A stretch of DNA of 64,000 nt from an uncultured bacterium (lineage in GTDB: Bacteria; Chloroflexota; UBA5177; JANWHV01). The position numbers were made by a program, and so were the translations under genes. The notes below the pieces were generated by a model, which was given only the letters and a program-made list of their open reading frames with translations, was not told where the DNA came from and ran no database searches. Of the stretch, positions 59,054-64,000 are shown piece after piece. Position 1 is the first letter of the stretch, and each line of letters begins with the position of its first letter. The stretch lies in assembly GCA_963827235.1 (NCBI GenBank), contig CAWHAE010000012.1, forward strand, positions 96,001-160,000, written 5' to 3'.

Positions 59054-60943
59054 TCAGTCGAGCATGCCCGTCTCGCTCAAGCTCCGCTGCACCGCGGCAA
59101 TGTTTATTCCGCTTTCCCAGGGCCGGCAGCGCGTGCCGCGCGGCGTCTTCTCCTCGTAGTACTCGCTCCAGGCCTCGGCTTCGTCTGCGAGCTCCAGCAC
59201 GTGGTCGCGCACTGCCCCGGCCAGCGGATCGCGCAGGGCGCTCAGGGCGTAGAGGAGCAGTGCCGCGTCATAACCCACGGAGCCTCGGCCGTCTTCGCGC
59301 GATGGCAGGTAGCCTCGTTCCTGGAACAGCGCGCTCGCGCTGCGCACGGCCGGCCACATCTCGCCGTTGCTCAGCTCCGTGGCGCGAATGAAGGCCGGTA
59401 GCAGCCCGGCCGAGTACAGCACTATCGCCCGCGGATCCTCAGGCGGCAGGCTGCCTTTCGCCGCGCAGCCGGGGCACACGTAGCGCCCGCTGCTTGTCCT
59501 GCTCGTCCAGCCGAACCAGCCCGCCGGTCCGCACGCCTCGCACACGCCGTGACGGTGCAGTGGCGGCTCGGCAAGGATCGCTCGCTCGGGAGAGTTGGCC
59601 ACCCAGACTCCTCCTCGCAGGAAATTGCTCCGCAAGGACGCCGCCGCCCGGCTACTGGCCACGCCGAAGTACTCGAGACGCTCGCGGCTCAACAAGCCAT
59701 GCCGGCGGGCGACTGCCAGCAATCGCCGGGCTGACTCGATGAAGAGCAAGGTCGCCTCGAACGAGCCATGGTTGAGGGCAGATCGGGGCAGGAAACCGCC
59801 GGCGACGTACGTCTCGTCGCCGTTGAAAGGCAGCATTCCTCCCCGCAGGTGCCCCACCTGCGCGGCCAGGCACCAGTCCAGCATGGGGAACAGGCGGACG
59901 ACAGAGTCCTCGCCGCCGCCGGCCTTTGCGTAGTCCAGGGCTTCCAGGATGGTGTAGGCGGTGAGCTCGACGTGGTCGTTCTCGTGGACGTGGCGAATGC
60001 GGTCATGGCCCATGCTTTCGGCGTTTGCCAGGTCGCCGAAGCGTTGCCACTTGCGGTAGCGGAATTCCAGATTGCGCCGTACCTCGTCGTGCAATCCAAG
60101 TGCCAGCAGGCCGCAGCACGTACCGTACTGGTCGCGCACGTAGGCCAGGGGAAAAGGGTAGCCGGCACTGATGCCCCCATCCGCCGACTGCTGCGCCGTG
60201 ATCAGCAAGGCAACGCTCTCCGCCAACCTCTCTATCCGGATGCGCCGCCCCCCGTCCAGCGCGGGATGAGCGTTCCGGATCGGCGAGCCGGCCAGCCGCG
60301 CGATCAGCGACCGGTCCACGGCGCGGCGCCGTTCCAGATGCTCCTCATACGGCGTGCGCAGGAGTCGCTCCACCGCGCGATCGGCTTCGGGATATGAAGT
60401 GCTGCCGGCAAAGGCAAGGTACGTCTCGCCGGGCCCCAGGTCGATGGCGCCGCCGTCACTGCACGCTCGAAGGCCGTCGAAGCCGGTGCCCCAACAGCGC
60501 AGCAGCAGGAAGCCGCGCTCTCCCGCGGGATAGAACAGTATTCTTGCCGTATCCGGCGCTACTACGGTTAGCCGCGCGGACCGGCTTCCCGCGTCGCTCT
60601 CCGCCCAATGGCAGGCATACTGCTCCGGCAGCCTGATGGTGAACGTTGCGCGCTCCGCGAGGCGCAGCCGGCACACACAGGCGGGCTCATCGGGCACGAC
60701 GAGCTGCTGCATCGTGCCCCGGACCATGCCGCGATCCTCGAACTGATGCTGCCACACCGACGTCCCGGCCTCTCTCGAGGACACGTAGGCCGGCGGGCGC
60801 CCGTCGCCGAGCGTCCAGGCACCGGCCAGCAGCGACTGCGACGTGTAGGGCTCGCCGAAGACGTCGATCACGTCGGCACCTCGTCCGTAGACGAGCAGTC
60901 GCCCGTTTCCCAGGGCGTGAATAGCAGTGCCTTGCGCCATCAT
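59054..60943 (-). CDS. Six-hairpin glycosidase-like protein with CxxC/CxxC insertion
   Basis: GGISAG...AYVRDQY (GH15-like RD motif), NGDETY, WSEYY, RPWESG. Fold assignment is inferred. Confidence 0.6.
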   Translation of the reverse strand: MMAQGTAIHALGNGRLLVYGRGADVIDVFGEPYTSQSLLAGAWTLGDGRPPAYVSSREAGTSVWQHQFEDRGMVRGTMQQLVVPDEPACVCRLRLAERATFTIRLPEQYACHWAESDAGSRSARLTVVAPDTARILFYPAGERGFLLLRCWGTGFDGLRACSDGGAIDLGPGETYLAFAGSTSYPEADRAVERLLRTPYEEHLERRRAVDRSLIARLAGSPIRNAHPALDGGRRIRIERLAESVALLITAQQSADGGISAGYPFPLAYVRDQYGTCCGLLALGLHDEVRRNLEFRYRKWQRFGDLANAESMGHDRIRHVHENDHVELTAYTILEALDYAKAGGGEDSVVRLFPMLDWCLAAQVGHLRGGMLPFNGDETYVAGGFLPRSALNHGSFEATLLFIESARRLLAVARRHGLLSRERLEYFGVASSRAAASLRSNFLRGGVWVANSPERAILAEPPLHRHGVCEACGPAGWFGWTSRTSSGRYVCPGCAAKGSLPPEDPRAIVLYSAGLLPAFIRATELSNGEMWPAVRSASALFQERGYLPSREDGRGSVGYDAALLLYALSALRDPLAGAVRDHVLELADEAEAWSEYYEEKTPRGTRCRPWESGINIAAVQRSLSETGMLD

Positions 60944-61521
60944 GCCGTCCCTTCTTGCGAATGCTGCTCGCGCCGCCGGCAGCGCGGCCGGACAAGCCGG
61001 ACTCAACCCGAAGGCCGCGGTATTCTCTCCACGGCCGAGCGTGAGCGGCGGGACAACCTGCTCAGGTGAACCGTTCTGGGATGAAAGCCGGCCGTTCGGT
61101 ATGCCGATTGCCGGGACCCGTTGCCTGTTTGCCGGCAGGGTCGCCTGCCCGCCGTCCTTTCAGCATATCGTGTCCGATAAGTCCGGCACCCGAGGGATCA
61201 ATGCCGCTCGTCCGGCTGCCGGCTGCCGGCAGTCCGCGCGTCGCGCCCACGGCCAACCCGGCAGAACGCCGTCGGTCGCCGGTCTCCGGCGACGCAAGGC
61301 CAACGCCGCCGAGCTTCGAAGCTACGCGCTTCGTGCCGGGCGATACACCATCCGGCACCGGCCGCGACCGAAAAACGTACAAGCAGGCCGAGCTTGCCCC
61401 CTGGAGGCCTGGCAGTGCCTGCTCAGCTTGGAGACAATGATGCTATGAGGAGGAATTGTTCTACGATGCACAGCCTGTACTTGGCCGATGGTGTCTGCCT
61501 GCCCGAAGGGAAGCGGTGACG

Positions 61522-64000
61522 ATGGTAAATGGTATCGATCCGGGTCAGAGCCTGGCGCTGTATGCGCGCTCCGCCGACCCTTCGCTTGACGAGGAGCTTT
61601 TCCGGAACCCGCCGAGCATCTATCGCGGGGCGCCGTTCTGGGCCTGGAATACGCGGCTGGACCGCGACCAATTGCTGCGCCAGCTACGGATCCTTCGCCA
61701 GATGGGCTTTGGCGGCGCGCACGTTCACGTGCGTACCGGCATGGCCACGCCCTATCTTGGCGATGAGTTCATGGATCTTGTGCGGAGCTGCACCGATCAG
61801 GCCCGGGCCGACGGCATGCTGATCTGGCTGTACGACGAGGATCGCTGGCCCTCCGGATTCGCCGGCGGCCTGGTGACGAAGCACAAGGAGTACCGCGCCA
61901 AGCACCTGCTGTTCACCACCACGGCGTACGGCGGCAAGGTCGAAGCGCCGAGCTTCGACAGCAATTCGCTGGCCAGCCGCCACGAAAACGGCACGCTGCT
62001 CGCTCGCTACCAGGTGGTGCTGGAAGGGGACCGGCTCACGTCGTACCGGCGGTTGCTCCCGGGCGAGCCGCTGCCCGGCGAGGCTGTCGGGGGGCGAATC
62101 TGGTACGCCTACCTGGAGACGGCCGAGACCTCTCCCTGGTGGAACAACCAAACCTACGTCGACACGCTAGACCCGGCCTCGATCGCGTGCTTCCTCGCCG
62201 TGACCCACGAGCGCTACGCCGAGGCAACCGGCGCCGAGTTCGGCAAGACCATTCCCGCCATCTTCACCGACGAGCCGCAGTTCATTCACAAAGTGGTGCC
62301 GCAGTGGGCCGGCGACACCCGGGATCTGTTTCTGCCCTGGACCACCGGCTTCGTCGATGGTTTTCGTGCTGCGTACGGTGACGATCCGCTCGACACGCTG
62401 CCCGAGGTGTTCTGGGAGCTTCCGGACAGCAGGCCGTCTCGCCCCCGCTACCGCTACCACGAATATCTCGCCGAGCGTTTTGCCTCCACCTTCGCCGGAC
62501 AGGTCGGCGCCTGGTGCGACGCGCACGGGCTGCGATTGACCGGCCACCTCATGGAAGAGCCGACGCTGCGCTCGCAGACGAGCGCCTTGGGCGAGGCCAT
62601 GCGCCCTCTCCGTTCCTTTCACATTCCCGGCATCGACATGCTGTGCGACTGGCACGAGTACACGACGGCGAAGCAGGCGCAGAGCGTGGCTCACCAGTAT
62701 GGCCGCCCGGGCGTGCTGAGCGAGCTCTACGGGGTGACGAATTGGGACTTCGACTTCGTCGGCCACAAGGCCCAGGGCGACTGGCAAGCCGCTCTGGGCG
62801 TCACGGTGCGCGTGCCTCATCTGTCTTGGGTCTCCATGGCTGGCGAGGCGAAACGCGACTATCCGGCCAGCATCTCCTACCAGTCACCCTGGTACGGTGA
62901 ATACCCGCTGGTGGAGAATCACTTCGCGCGGCTCAACACGGTCTTGACGCGCGGGCGGCCGCGCGTGCGGGTCGGAGTCATCCATCCCATCGAGTCCTAC
63001 TGGCTGGCCTTTGGCCCGCTGGAGCAGACCGGCGTCGAGCGGTCGGAGCGCGAGTCGCAGTTCGCGAATCTGACCGAGTGGCTGCTCTTCGGTCTGATCG
63101 ACTTCGACTTCATCGCCGAATCGCTGCTCTCGGAGCTCTCGCCGCTCGACGGCGCACCGGACCCGCGCCTCGCAGTGGGTACCATGGCCTACGACGTGGT
63201 GGTCGTGCCGGGGCTCCGCACCATCCGGGCCGGCACCCTGGACCGGCTCGAGCGGTTCGCCGACGCCGGCGGCGCCGTGCTCTTCGTGGGCGACGTGCCG
63301 TCGCTGGTCGACGCCGTGCCGTCCGATCGCCCGCGGATGCTCGCGGCGCGCTGCCGCCGCGCCCCCTTCAGCCGTGCCGGGATGCTCGAGGCGCTGGCGC
63401 CGGTCAAAGAGATCGACGCGCGCTTGTCCGACGGCACCACGGCAGCCACGCTGCTGCATCAGCTACGCGAGGATGGCGACCGGCGCTCGCTCTTCCTCTG
63501 CAACACCGACAAGCGCCACGGCTACGACGTCGTGCTGACCATCCAGGGCCGTTGGCGCCCCGTGCGGTTGGAGACCCTCGACGGCAGCATCCACGCGATG
63601 CCATCCCGCCTGGTGAACGGCGCCACGCGGCTCTCCTGGCACGCGACCGCGCACGGCAGCCTGCTTCTTCAGCTTCTGCCGGTCGCCGAGCCTGCCGCCA
63701 TGCATGCCGAGGAGCAGGAGGAGCACGTGACCTGGACGGTCCTCCGCCGTTTGGACGATCCGGTGCCCATCGTGTGCTCGGAGCCCAACGTGTTGCTGCT
63801 CGACAGTGCATCCTATCGCCTCGACGACGGCGCCTGGCGCGGCGAAGAGGAAGTGCTGCGTATCGACAACATTCTGCGCGCCGAGCTGGGCTACCCGCTG
63901 AAAATGGACGCCGTCGCGCAGCCGTGGACGCAGCCGCCCGCTGTCACGCCGCACACGGTCGGCCTGCGTTTCCGCATCCAGACCGGCGTGGCGGTCTCGG
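61522..64000 (+). CDS. Large glycoside hydrolase (GH106 alpha-L-rhamnosidase-like), 3'-truncated; absent from the ORF track
   Basis: Frame is open to the window end: FRNPPSIYRGAPFWAWN, MGFGG, WLYDEDRWPSGFAGG, IFTDEP, TGHLMEE, LSELYG, KRDYPASI. Confidence 0.85.
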   Translation, partial: MVNGIDPGQSLALYARSADPSLDEELFRNPPSIYRGAPFWAWNTRLDRDQLLRQLRILRQMGFGGAHVHVRTGMATPYLGDEFMDLVRSCTDQARADGMLIWLYDEDRWPSGFAGGLVTKHKEYRAKHLLFTTTAYGGKVEAPSFDSNSLASRHENGTLLARYQVVLEGDRLTSYRRLLPGEPLPGEAVGGRIWYAYLETAETSPWWNNQTYVDTLDPASIACFLAVTHERYAEATGAEFGKTIPAIFTDEPQFIHKVVPQWAGDTRDLFLPWTTGFVDGFRAAYGDDPLDTLPEVFWELPDSRPSRPRYRYHEYLAERFASTFAGQVGAWCDAHGLRLTGHLMEEPTLRSQTSALGEAMRPLRSFHIPGIDMLCDWHEYTTAKQAQSVAHQYGRPGVLSELYGVTNWDFDFVGHKAQGDWQAALGVTVRVPHLSWVSMAGEAKRDYPASISYQSPWYGEYPLVENHFARLNTVLTRGRPRVRVGVIHPIESYWLAFGPLEQTGVERSERESQFANLTEWLLFGLIDFDFIAESLLSELSPLDGAPDPRLAVGTMAYDVVVVPGLRTIRAGTLDRLERFADAGGAVLFVGDVPSLVDAVPSDRPRMLAARCRRAPFSRAGMLEALAPVKEIDARLSDGTTAATLLHQLREDGDRRSLFLCNTDKRHGYDVVLTIQGRWRPVRLETLDGSIHAMPSRLVNGATRLSWHATAHGSLLLQLLPVAEPAAMHAEEQEEHVTWTVLRRLDDPVPIVCSEPNVLLLDSASYRLDDGAWRGEEEVLRIDNILRAELGYPLKMDAVAQPWTQPPAVTPHTVGLRFRIQTGVAVS

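Noticed and set aside
61255-61330. c-di-GMP-I riboswitch-like GACGCAAGGCC
   Set aside because: Lacks GGCAAAC, the GNRA P2 loop and the tetraloop receptor.

Overview
GC-rich bacterial chromosomal window. Gene content and style suggest a soil Chloroflexota-like organism, but this is an inference. It holds about 38 CDSs. I found no rRNA, tRNA, CRISPR array or transposase. In order: a MalT/LuxR regulator with an ABC-2 exporter; adenosine-specific-kinase family gene, pruA and rplY; a carbohydrate-utilisation cluster (GH63-like hydrolase, YesMN-like two-component system, sugar ABC, UroD/MetE-like protein, SDR); a small protein with a flagellin-like tail; FTR1 permease; fused ABC permease; larBCE without larA; a sortase-type surface protein divergent from a phosphoesterase/phospholipase C; MMPL with TetR; lactonase; fabF with DUF3891; two GT39/YkcB-like glycosyltransferases; a choice-of-anchor-Q surface protein; and two glycosidases. 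The most striking locus is at 42.0-50.1 kb on the minus strand. There a vWA / PP2C-like / YegI-like kinase (TerY-P) triad is followed by a single-chain zinc-ribbon, Hanks Ser/Thr kinase, TM, PstS fusion, which is a candidate phosphate-sensing receptor kinase, and then by a solo LuxR-HTH gene. Four promoters in the window carry 11-bp-phased direct repeats ending exactly 10 nt before a TAnnnT -10 element. That is the geometry of PhoB/PhoP-activated promoters and suggests a phosphate regulon. All protein calls come from motif recognition by eye; no database search was run.
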